From positions 2,666,001 to 2,730,000 of the forward strand of contig OZ218953.1 in assembly GCA_965112735.1 (NCBI GenBank): a stretch of DNA of 64,000 nt, read 5' to 3'. Below the pieces are notes generated by a model that worked only from the letters and a program-made list of their open reading frames with translations, ran no database searches and was not told the origin of the DNA. The position numbers and the translations under genes are program-made. This stretch comes from Phaeosaccion multiseriatum. Its lineage: Eukaryota > Protista > Ochrophyta, other classes. Positions 36,460-47,016 of the stretch are shown here, piece after piece (the first letter of the stretch is position 1; every line of letters begins with the position of its first letter).

Positions 36460-37128
36460 GCAGTCGGCCATGTGTGGTAACCTTTCCGTAAGATGACTAA
36501 TATACGGTTTTCACTCTTGTACATTCCAGCTTCTTTTCCGGTCCCCCTGCCAGGCGCGTACAGTCGTAACTTTCTTAGTGAGAGCCAGGCTTCCTTTGCA
36601 TATCTCACAGGGAGCAGATAGAGCTAAAGTTCAAAATGAGGTGGAAGCACTGAGAAGTAGCCGCCCCCTTTTACGGAAGAGATAGGGCGGGGGGCGATGC
36701 TCTGTCTCCTGTACCCCCCCTCTCTCGTCTCAACTGATTCGCTCCACCAGAGGAGCATGTCTTCTAAGATCGTCCCCCAAACGCACACGAGGGCTGTTTC
36801 TACCTGAACGCACGAGCAAATCGTGCGTAATGCTTACAGAGGAGTTCAGAGCCGAGGTTGCAGCCTCCGAAAACCGGGAGTAGGTGAGCTGTCGTACCAG
36901 CTTTGCTTTGCTCCTTCGGGAGTGGGAGTAGGGGCGACAACAGACCTGCTCCATAGCACGCAATGAGCAGAGCTTCGCTTCCCTCATCACGCTAGTCCCA
37001 TTGCAACGAAGTACCAAAAGGAAAAACACGAGGGGCCAAGTAGGTTCTTTTGAGTTTTTGCAGCTTTCATTCAAGAACAAGGGTCTTAAAATGACGCAGT
37101 GTGTAAGCCCACCGCAATACCAAGACGC

Positions 37129-37989
37129 TTAGGCGACCAGCGCAGAGGCGGTAGCGGACTCGTACTTCCAGTTGGCAGGCAGCTTGCGGTTGGTGCGGTA
37201 GTAACGCGCCAGCCTGTGGATCCTGGACTCGATCAGAATGAGACGGAACTTGGAGTCCTTGTCCTTGCGGTTACGCTCCAAGTGCTTGCGCACGGCCACG
37301 GCCTTCTTGATGAGCATGTACAGATCCTCAGGGATCTCGGGGGCGAGGCCTGTGGGAATGAGAGACAAGAGAGAAGGGTGAGTGATGGGATGAGGAGGGG
37401 GAGAAGAGTCAAGGGCAGGAGGAAGCAAGACAAAAAGCATGCTAAGCGTTTGGAACAACTTCACGCGGTGGAAGAGACAAGTAGAGCTCTAAGCCTCATT
37501 CACAACCCGCTTCCCGCAAACAAACACCGCATGGCAGGATGTGGACGGGGTATGGTGGTCTCCGAAGGAGTAGCCTCGACTTCGCCCCGACTCTGGGGCT
37601 CTGGCTGGCCATGCACCTTATCTATCAACACACTCCACCTCGGGTTTATGGAGCGCCGCAAGTAGTGAGCAGCTGAAAGCCGTGTCTCGCTGTACCGTAC
37701 TTCATTCAAATTCAACCCCCCCCTCCCTCCCCCTCCACACCCCTCTGTACTCACCCTGAACCTTGAGGATTCGAAGGATCTTACTTCCCGTGACGGCCTT
37801 AACCTGGGCGATTCCGTTGGAGTCACGCAGAATGACACCGATCGCGGAAGGGTTCATGCCCTTCTTGGCGAGCTTGCACACGTGCTCCACCACCTCCTGG
37901 GAGGTGATCTTCAGCCACGAAGGAGGCGTGCGCTTGTAGGGCTGGGCGCTCTTGGCAATACCCTTCCCTCCGCTATGCATACGACCCAT
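37129..37989 (-). CDS. RPS13: 40S ribosomal protein S13 (uS15); coding intron 37350-37754 plus a 5'UTR intron ~37991-38341
   Basis: [84 protein letters not shown]. Confidence 0.98.
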
Positions 37990-38530
37990 ACTGTGTGTAT
38001 GTGGTGTGATTGTTCACGTGGAGGAGTGTGTGGAAAGACACGGCAGGCAACCAAGACCAACATTTCCCGGAGGAGAATGGAGGACCGAGGCGTATCGGGT
38101 ACACGTCAGTGCTGCTCCAAGATTGGAGAGACCAAGCGCGTCCCTTATGCTCCTAACTACTGCCCTATGGTTGTTGCTGCTGCTTCGAGCAGCAGCAACC
38201 GCTACAGTGTCTGGCAGCCTCCTCTGAAGTCTGCCTGCTCTCCCCTCCCCCCTCCCTCTAGCAGCACCGGGCCTCGCCCCCGCCCCCCAGCCCTGTGGCA
38301 GTAGCCGAACATCACATCACTACACAAGTCCTCTAACTCACCTGAACGCTTGGTGTGGAGAGCTTTCGCTGTCCGGCTGCTAGACTTGCGGCTCCACCAG
38401 CGAGACAGCGGACCCGGGGGGGGAAAGCCCCCATCACATGCAATTTGAGGGATTTCCAATTTCAGCTCTTGGGTCCATCCGAGAGTGCCGAGAGAGGAAG
38501 GCGCGCCTCCTAGGCGCAGCAGAGGAGCTG

Positions 38531-39791
38531 ATGTGCGATCGAACAGACGAGTTTCGCCTACTGGTCGCTTCGCTTCCCTCCCATCCGCCGCCGAACAACG
38601 TGAGTGGCGCTTGGAAGACGCTGGAAAACCCAAAACCCACATTCCCTCATCCCTTCCTGATCCCTTCCTCTCTTCCGCCTCGTTCAGCCTCCGCTGCAGC
38701 CCGCAGTCGCCACGCTCCAGGAGTTCCATGGAACTACCTCGGGTATTGCAAAGGGGATCCATCAGTGCTCTCAGAAGCTGGTGCGGCTGACGAAACGTAC
38801 GTGTCTTCATCCTCCCTTTGCTGCGGCTAGCGGAACAAATTGGCTGATGCCGTGTGTCCTTTTGTGTGTGTGCGAACGCAGTGGTTCAAAATCGAGGCTT
38901 GTTCAGCGATCCTGCAGCGGAAATCAACTCTCTCGTGTTCGCCATCAAGGAGGACGTCAGCAGTCTGAACTCGCAACTAGACTCGGCGCAGACATACGTT
39001 GATCACAAGAAGCAGCAACTCGGTGCCACGAGCCAGCCTGCGAACCATTCTGTGCAAGTAGTGGGCCAGCTCAAGACGGAGCTACTGTTCACGACAAAGA
39101 GTTTCAAGGTGAGGGAGCGCACGCAGTACCTCAGTTGCCGCGACCCGTTGTGCTGACGTTCTCTTCCTTCCTGCCCCCTCCCCCTGGCACTGGGTTTTCA
39201 ATGTTCACTCCACAGGACGTGTTGGAGACTCGGTCGAGCAATCTTAAGGCGCAACACGAGCGAAAGGATGTGTTTTTCAGCAAACAGTCGGCAGTTACCA
39301 TGGGGAAGCCAGCAGCGTACAGACCACTGACACCGTTACGGCCATTAAGGCCCCCCCAAGGCAGCCACGGCAGCCAAGAGCGCTTGCCTAGGCCTTCGGG
39401 TACGTCGCTACCTCCAGATGAGGAGGAAGATGCGCGTGCCCCTCTCATTGCACCAAGTGGCCCGACACCGCAGCAGCAGCAGCAGCAGCAGCAAATGGTG
39501 GCCGTGGATCAGTCGTACATGAATCAGAGGGCCAACGCAATGCAGGACGTGGAGGCTCACATCCAGGAGCTGGGGACGGTGTTCAACCGCCTGGCCACCA
39601 TGGTGCAGGAGCAGGCGCCTATGGTGGAAACACTACATGCCAATGTTGATATTGCCTCGGAGAACGTGAACAGAGGGCAAATGGCCCTCCTGAGCACACT
39701 GCAATCGCTGCAGAGCAACCGGCGGTTGGCAGCCAAGCTGTCGGGCATTTTGTTTCTATTCCTTATATTCTTCGTGGTCTTCTTATCGTAG
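38531..39791 (+). CDS. STX5: Syntaxin-5 / Sed5 (cis-Golgi Qa-SNARE)
   Basis: N-peptide CDRTDEF (Sly1-binding type); GLFSDPAAEINSLVFAIKED; SFKDVLETRSSNLK; SNARE motif RANAMQDVEAHIQELGTVFNRLATMVQEQ; C-terminal TM. Confidence 0.93.
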
Positions 39792-41741
39792 AGCCGCGGC
39801 GGCAGTGGGATGGGAGTTGCCTCCTCCTTCTGTCCAACAAGGCTCTTTTCTAATATGTACAGCCGAATAGTTCATCATGAGTGTCGGAGGCGGCGTTTGC
39901 CCCTTCATGCAGCCCCAGTGCAGGTCGGGCGGCACGGCGGAGTCCGATGGCTGACCGTAGAACATCTGACCTGCCGGGCCGTCTTCTCGTATTACCCACC
40001 ACTTGGCCCCTCCTCCCGCCCTCCCCAGCATGGCCTGGGTGATGGTCACCCCGCTGCTGTTGGAGTACAGCGGAGCGCCCTGCCGAAAGCCAGCCAGGTC
40101 GAAGGTGCCGTTGACCGAAGGCTCCCCCGAGCCGAGCACCATGCACTGGCCCACGCATGCCTCAATCTGCGGGCAGGTGATGCTCAGCCGCCGCTTGGCG
40201 CTCCCGTCCAGCAGGCTCAGCAGCACTTGGAGTTTCCCGTTGAGCTGCACGCTCTCCTCCGACGGCGGCAACTCATCCCGATCGTCCGCGCTCTCCGCGC
40301 CCTTCGTGCACGGAAAGGCCCACCCAGGACATCCCTTCCAGGCCTGCCCACACGCACGCACACATAGACACCACTCGAAGTTATGAAAACGACCCAGCGA
40401 GAGCGACGCAGAAGGGAGGGCTCTGGTCGAGACAAATTCATTCCGACACGATACTAGGAACTCACCTCCTTCTTTCGAATCTTGCTGGCGAAGTCCTTGA
40501 AGTTATCCCCGAGTCGAAGGAAAGCTTTGCTATTCCCGCCCTTCTCGTCTTCTCTCTCCCCTCCCTGCCCTCCGGGGTCCTCTCCTAACACATCTCTACG
40601 CACTAAGAAACTGCGAGTTGGTACGGATCGAGGGCGGGGGCGAATTGTTGAGAGGTTAGATAGTGTACATCAATATACACCAAAACACGACGACAGGCAA
40701 CACAGTAACAAACCCAATGTCCCCTGCTCCCCCCCCGCGTCCTTGCACGTCCACCACCATACGACCAACCAAGAACGCACCTATTTAACACTGTGATGAC
40801 TACTTCTCCCTTGCTGGGGTCCACATTTATGCAAATCGGTGCACTCTCTGCAGCGAAAGGCGTCAGCAAATCCCCCGCTCCTATCCTCAATAGCAAAGCC
40901 ATAAGCACGCTGTATGTATCACATCCGGACGACGTCCGACTGCTCGCACGAATGATGTCCTGGCACACTTGAAAGTGTAGCTGCTGGGAGTACACCAGCG
41001 GACTCACCAAGTCATGTATCCTCGACATGAGGTCCTGTGACGGGTGGAGAGCGGTAGCCAGAAGGGGGGGACGGGAGGGAAGGAGTTGTAGGAAGGTACG
41101 CCAGATCATGTGGTGCAAGCGAGAGAAAGTAGAGACCAGGGAAAGGCAGAAAGAAGAGCCCACGAATAGGTGGAATTGAAAACGCGTAACGACCTGGGAG
41201 GAGATGGAGAGGAGCTGCCTACGCCCCCACACTGCTATATACGACCTCTGCAACAATATGCTCACACGCAAGGAGGTCCCGGTCTGCTTCTCACCTGCAC
41301 ATTTCCCTCAAAGACGGTGCCGTTGACTTGAATGGACTCTCTCTGTGCGTCCTTCAGTGCCTGCTCAAACTCCACAGTCTCTGCGTTGGGGAGAGGAATA
41401 CTCCACAGCACGTCCCTGTGCTTGATCACGACGTCGTAAAGGTCGTCCAGGGTCTGACTCGCTGCGACTTGACTCTTTATGGCGTCGAAGGCCTCGCTCT
41501 CCAGCCCGGCCAGCAGCGAATTGGCATCGCTAGCGCCTGACTCAGGAGCACTTTCCACCATACCCGAGTAGTCCAGCGGCAATAAGATGCCGAGCTTCCC
41601 ACCGGTGGCGCCTGATAACTGGGGTATCAACTGTGCTTCTTCCTTGCCCGTCGATGCCTGTGCACGCTCCCTCTCCATGGACAGTCTTCTTCTCCGAAGC
41701 CGCTCCTCCGCCACAGTCAGCCGCCCCGGCGACTGGTACAT
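39783..41741 (-). CDS. Hypothetical protein, multi-exon, with a C-terminal VxGxGxxxVNGxF..W..PP..W..G..PPP domain
   Basis: Exons in ORFs 41262-41765, 40603-41271, ~40466-40610 and 39783-40343 join in frame via GT-AG. No family recognised. Confidence 0.65.
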
Positions 41742-42088
41742 GATATCCAGCAGCAGCGGCCCCACAGGAGGCCCCCCCCTGCCTCCCCCTGACCAGGAAT
41801 GCCCGTCGCCTCCTTTGACGAGGCCCTTTTCTTACGAATGCTTATTTCTGCTCCTCCACGCGGAAAAGATAAGGCGCCGGGCGACGACACCCTAAGCAGC
41901 CACACAGCAGCAGTGGGAGGATCAAGAGGAAGCCGAGGGAGGGATAACAGGGGGTTACTGTCCCTTTACGGCAAGTAGAAAAAAGAAAAAATAGTTCATC
42001 GGGTTTCCTCGATCGGGACGTTCATGAAGGTGCAGCAATCGCTCCCCCAGTTGGGCTCCCTTGTGAAGAAGCAGCACCACCCTTGTGC

Positions 42089-44937
42089 ATGGCTTCACCT
42101 CCAGCATCTCTGACCTTGGGATGTGCAGCGGTCGACAAGGTGCCGACTTCTGCTCAGAGCGAAGAGGATAGAGGCAGAAGCACCAGTAGGAGTAGAAGCA
42201 GCAGCCCGGTTGAGGCAGCCTCGAGGGAAGCCATTGCAAGTCGGACTCGGACTTTCTCGAAGGAGTTGCTACCGCATCTCATTGTGGACAGTCAGTTGCC
42301 TCGGTCAGAAGCGACCAACGGTGGGGGGGCGTCCGAGAAGGGCAGCTATGCGGCCCTCTTCGAGAGAGTCCAAGCACTGGAGGAGGCGCTGTTATGTACA
42401 CAGCCGCACCCTCAGCACAACCATCATAGCTCTCCTGAGTACAATAAGGGCGTGACGGCCCTTGACTTCCTTGAATCAACACAAAGGATAGGAGACAGCG
42501 GCAGCCACACGGGGGAGCCATATCGGGGCGGCGAGACACCTCCTCGACGGAGAGAGAGGGGCAGTCCACCAAGCGGCAGTGGAGGGTTGCGAGGGGGCTC
42601 TCCTGCAAGGCCCCCTGTGGTACTTCGACACAGCAGGAGCCCTAGAAGTCCCAGCAGCGCTTCTCTTGGCGGCCATGGACGGGCGGGAAGCCATATCAGT
42701 CCAGGCCGCAGCCGGAGGAGGGAGGGAGAGACCAAGTCAGCGCAACAGCCCGGCTACCCACACGATGCGAGGGGCAGGCACCGCTCGCACGATACATCGC
42801 AGGAGCCGCGGGGGAGTCTGGATGCGCGCGCGGGGGGGGGGTTGCTTGGGACGTCGCCGGACAGTGTCGATAACTCGCCTACTAGGCGTGCCGCGCCGCC
42901 TCCTCCTCAGCTGTCTCTGATGGAGTACATTTACGTGGAGGTGATGGGGGCGGAAGACCACGGGACCGTGGATACAAAGGTCAACCGAACAGTGCGTAAT
43001 TTCATAAGCGGTGCGTGCTGTACGGAGGAGTAGCGGCGGGAAGGCCGAGGGGAAGGGTTTTGCTGAATCTCTCTCTGTCTCTCGTCTTCCCTCTTTTCTC
43101 CCTACTGAATTCTCTACCTCTGTCGATCGACAAGCAGTGCCCAAGCAACTGGAGCGTCTGCTATTCTTCGGGCTGCTTGTGTGTGTGGACACCTTTCTCT
43201 ACGTCACCACCTTCCTACCGCTGCGCATTGTGTTTGGTGTTGGAGCGGCCTTGACCGGCCTCCTGACGAAGCGACGCAATCCCCTCAACCTCAGCCAGGC
43301 CATCCTGTACGACTGCATGAGGGGAGGTATGGTTGTGGCCGCGCTTTGTGCCCTGCAAATGGTCAACATGTCCTTCGTATATCACTATATCCGAGGCCAG
43401 GTAGGAGATGAGATACGTACTTGCCTGTTCGTTCCTCCTTGTTGGAAACGAAAGAGACCAAAGACACTCATTCTCCGACACAACACGCCACCCATCAGGC
43501 AATGATCAAGCTCTACGTGCTGATTGCGATGATCGAGATCTTCGACAAGCTCATGTGCTCCTTCGGACAAGACGCGTTGGACTCTCTGTACCTGAGTACC
43601 TGCCACAGCCAAAAGCGCCGCATTTTGCCGCACTACGCCGTCATGTGCGCCTATGTGATGCTGCACGCGGCCCTCCTCTTCCTGCATGTGACGACGCTGA
43701 CGGTGGCTGTCAACTCGGATGACCAGGCGCTGCTGACCCTTCTCATCAGCAACAACTTCGCGGAGATTAAGAGGTGCGTCGCGAGCGATCAATGGACTAG
43801 TCTGTCTGTGGCTGGCCTACACGACCGCCGCATCATCCAAGCAGCGGCGAGGCTCACTTTCACACCCCCGCCCCCCTATACACGACATTGTATGTGTGTG
43901 TGTGTGCCTGCTGTGGTTCCTCAGTTCGGTGTTCAAGAAGTTTGACGCGCAGAACCTGTTCCAGCTGTGCTGCCACGACATCGTGGAACGCTTCAAACTT
44001 ATCCTCTTCCTCAGCATGATCCTCCTGCTCAACGTTGTGCACGGAGGCGAGGAAGACCTGCTGGGAAAGGTGAGCCAACTCAAGCAAGTCTTTTGCGTCC
44101 TGCCTCGCCTTCGCCTTGCCCACCTTTCTGAATCCAGTGTTGTGCTTCCGTCTGCCGCTGCCCCACACTCCTTCCATGCTCTGTTTGGGTGCATCGTGTT
44201 GAAACACACAGTTCCTTAACATCTTTATACTGGTGTTCGGAGGCGAGGTGCTCGCGGATTGGATCAAACACGCCTTCATTGCCAAGTTCAACCAACTGCA
44301 GCCTTCGCTGTACGCCGAGTATTCGGACATCCTCGTCAGAGATATTACGGCCTGCCGCAAGGACGATGCCCGCATCCTCGACCACACGCACGCTGTGTCC
44401 CGGAGGCTGGCCTTTGCGACGCTCCCACTCAACTGCGTCATGCTGCGTTTTCTTCAGGTGCGATACGCCCGTAGTCCAGAAGATCCAAGCCTTTGGCCTC
44501 CCTTCTAACAGAGCAATCGACTTACCCTCCACCCTCCCCACCCGCTGCTTGCAGATTGCGGCGCCTCAGTTGAGATCTGTGTTGCCAGACTGCCCTCCCT
44601 ACATGCTCTTCCTGTTGGCCTTTGTCGGGTACCTGTGTCTGGTCGGCATCAAAGTACTCACTGGAATCGCCATCATGACTTGGCACCCGTTAACACCAGA
44701 GGTGAGTGAAAGGCAAGGAAACGGTAAGCGTGCTGCCTGTACCTGTACATTGAGGTCTCTCGTTCTCCTCTGCCTCCATTCCATCTGTACTCTCAGGTTG
44801 TAGCAAGGGGAAGCACCCCGTGGCTGCGCTCTCCAGCAGGCCCCCGACCTGTGGGTCCAAGATCCAAGAAGGACCAAAAGGCGGACCTCCTGGCTTCGGT
44901 CAACCGCTTCACGCTGTGGAAAGGGCGAATCGTATGA
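42089..44937 (+). CDS. TAPT1: TAPT1 / Emp65 (DUF747) ER membrane protein
   Basis: VPKQLERLLFFGLLVCVDTFLYVTTFLPLR; YHYIRGQAMIKLYVLIAMIEIFDKLMCSFGQDALDSL; LLISNNFAEIKSSVFKKF; DIVERF; EVLADWIKHAFIAKFN; LASVNRFTLWKGRIV*. Confidence 0.95.
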
Positions 44938-45023
44938 GACTAAGCCCATACATACATCATCATGCTTAAGTAGGTGCCGCTCTTCGCAGGCCCGTGTCTC
45001 TATTTATCTTTATAGTGGGGGGT

Positions 45024-45503
45024 TTACTCTAAGCCCGACTTCGCCCTCTCCTCCTCGGTCATCTTGGACATTTGCCGCCTTACATACCGGTTTTTGCTGG
45101 TGGTCTCCTCTTCTGGAGCAGTGGACGCAAAAGACGCCTCTTCTTTTTCTCCCGCTTTCTTTATCTGCCAATCCTTCACAGCCACAAAGGCGCCACCTAA
45201 GACAACTCCGACGAGAAGAACACTCGAGGCACCCGTAAAGAATGTGACAATAACGTTCACGGTATCATCATCTGTAAGCCTCAGGGCGCTGCTGCGGCCC
45301 CCAAAGCCCTTCCTCTGCTGCTGTACTTGTAATTGCTGCTGGGCAAGCGCAAAGCCCGTCCCTCTGCTACACGGCCGATGTTCCCTCCCTGTCGCAGCGG
45401 CAGCACGAGACGAGCCCAATGCGCTGGGCAGCAGGGCCGGAGCGAAGCCCAGCCCGCCGAGAGCGCACAGCGAAAGCACAATCAAAAGGAGAAGCGCCTG
45501 CAT
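45024..45503 (-). CDS. Small single-TM protein with bipartite (signal + transit) plastid presequence
   Basis: MQALLLLIVLSLCALGGLG|FAP (ASAFAP-like), an R/S/A-rich transit region, then a TM (VIVTFFTGASSVLLVGVVLGGAFVAV) and a charged tail. Intronless. Confidence 0.7.
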   Translation of the reverse strand: MQALLLLIVLSLCALGGLGFAPALLPSALGSSRAAAATGREHRPCSRGTGFALAQQQLQVQQQRKGFGGRSSALRLTDDDTVNVIVTFFTGASSVLLVGVVLGGAFVAVKDWQIKKAGEKEEASFASTAPEEETTSKNRYVRRQMSKMTEEERAKSGLE

Positions 45504-45700
45504 CGCAGCCCTGCCCAAAAAATCGAGGAGCGAGGTGGATCTCACGGTCCGCTTTCCTCCCCCTCTCTCTTCTCTTGTCCCGTGTACAAGAAGAAAGGGG
45601 GGGGGGGGGGCGAAAGGAAGGGAGCCCAGGCCCATGCAAGGCCCAGGCCCATGCAACGCCAAGTGTTCTCGGAATCTTCCAATCCGTTGATGGATAGTTG

Positions 45701-46907
45701 ATGGGGAAGGTGGGCGACGACGAGCAAGCAGATAAGGCCACCAGAACCCACCAGCAACGCTCCGCCGCTGTTATTCAGGCGCTGCAGAGTAGTAGAAGCC
45801 ACTTGCTGGAGAGCGAGGAGGACAGCACCAGCAGCAGGTTCTCCGAGGAAGAGGGGGAGGGACAGCGGAGTCGAGGAGGCAGGGAAGAACGCAACATGAG
45901 CATGCGCTACAGCAGAGTTGCGAACAACGAAACAACCAGGTGACTTAGCTGAAGGGAGTCTGTCCATAGGGTTGTATTGTGCCCGTGCAGACTTCTTCTG
46001 ACCCTGCCACTGACTCCCACGCGCCCTCTCAATGCAGCAGTCCTGCCGGAGCTACCGATGACGAGGAGACAAAGAAAAGGTGTGTCTTATCCAGTGAGGT
46101 GGGGTGGCCGCCTTAAAGACAAGGGCAAAGCTGGGAAAGAGAAGCTGAGCTCGGACTTGTTTCAAGCCTTGGCCCCTCTCCCCCTATTCGCTTCTCCGGC
46201 TACTACTCTGCCCCTTCCAGGCGAAGCGCTCTTGCGGAGCGCATCTCCAACAAGCTGCACGCCGCTCTCTGGACAGTCATCGGCGGGGCGGTGATGTACT
46301 ACACGGACTTCGTGAAGGTGCTCCTGGAAGACGAAAGAGTGGACAGGTGAGTGCAGGTGCTACGAGGGGCGGATGGGGCTTGCTTGCCTGCTTACCTCCT
46401 CTGTCCTCTCCTGCCGGATCATACTGGGAACTGGTAGAGCAGGCAATGGCTGCTCCTCATTCCTTCGCACCATCTTTTGAAAGTCCTCCCCTCTCCGCCC
46501 ACCCTCAGGTTGTGGTTTAACATCGCTTCGGTCACCTTCAGCGTGAATGTGATCATCATGCTCTACCTCGTAGTCTGGCTGCCGTACGTTCAGCGAATAC
46601 GGATATCTTGGAATGTGTACTGCCCTCGTGTGATACCCACAGCCACAGCATTTGGGGTCGTTTGTGCTATCAGGTAAGTAAAGGAGGATTCCCGCTCGCA
46701 TGCCTCGCCCCCCCACCCATTGCGCCCCCTAACAGCACCACTGCTTCTCTTGCGCCCCTCCCCGCCCTATGTATACCCCTTTTCATGTTTTTCGACAGTC
46801 TCAACGTTGCGTTATGGAGCGTTTGGGGCCTGCTCACGCCACTGGTGCTGTTTGCGGTGTTTGTCGGCTTCCTCATGATGCTGCACTTCATCCCCCTGCC
46901 TTTATGA
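45701..46907 (+). CDS. TMEM128: TMEM128-like membrane protein (start may instead be the ATG at 45896)
   Basis: KLHAALWTVIGGAVMYYTDFVKVL; YLVVWLPY..YCPRVIPTATAFG; SLNVALWSVWGLLTPLVLF..FVGFLM. Confidence 0.8.
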
Positions 46908-47016
46908 GGCCGGTGGCTTGCTGGCTTACTGACTTACTGGCTTGCTGATTCGCTGCCACTGTTGTAGCTGCTTGAGGGAGGAAGCGAATGGGCTTACAAG
47001 AGGCACACCGGGCGGA

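Noticed and set aside
36460-37120. Possible ncRNA or small gene between RPL23A and RPS13 (ORF 36730-37080)
   Set aside because: No tRNA, snRNA or protein motif recognised. Likely 3'UTRs or intergenic sequence.
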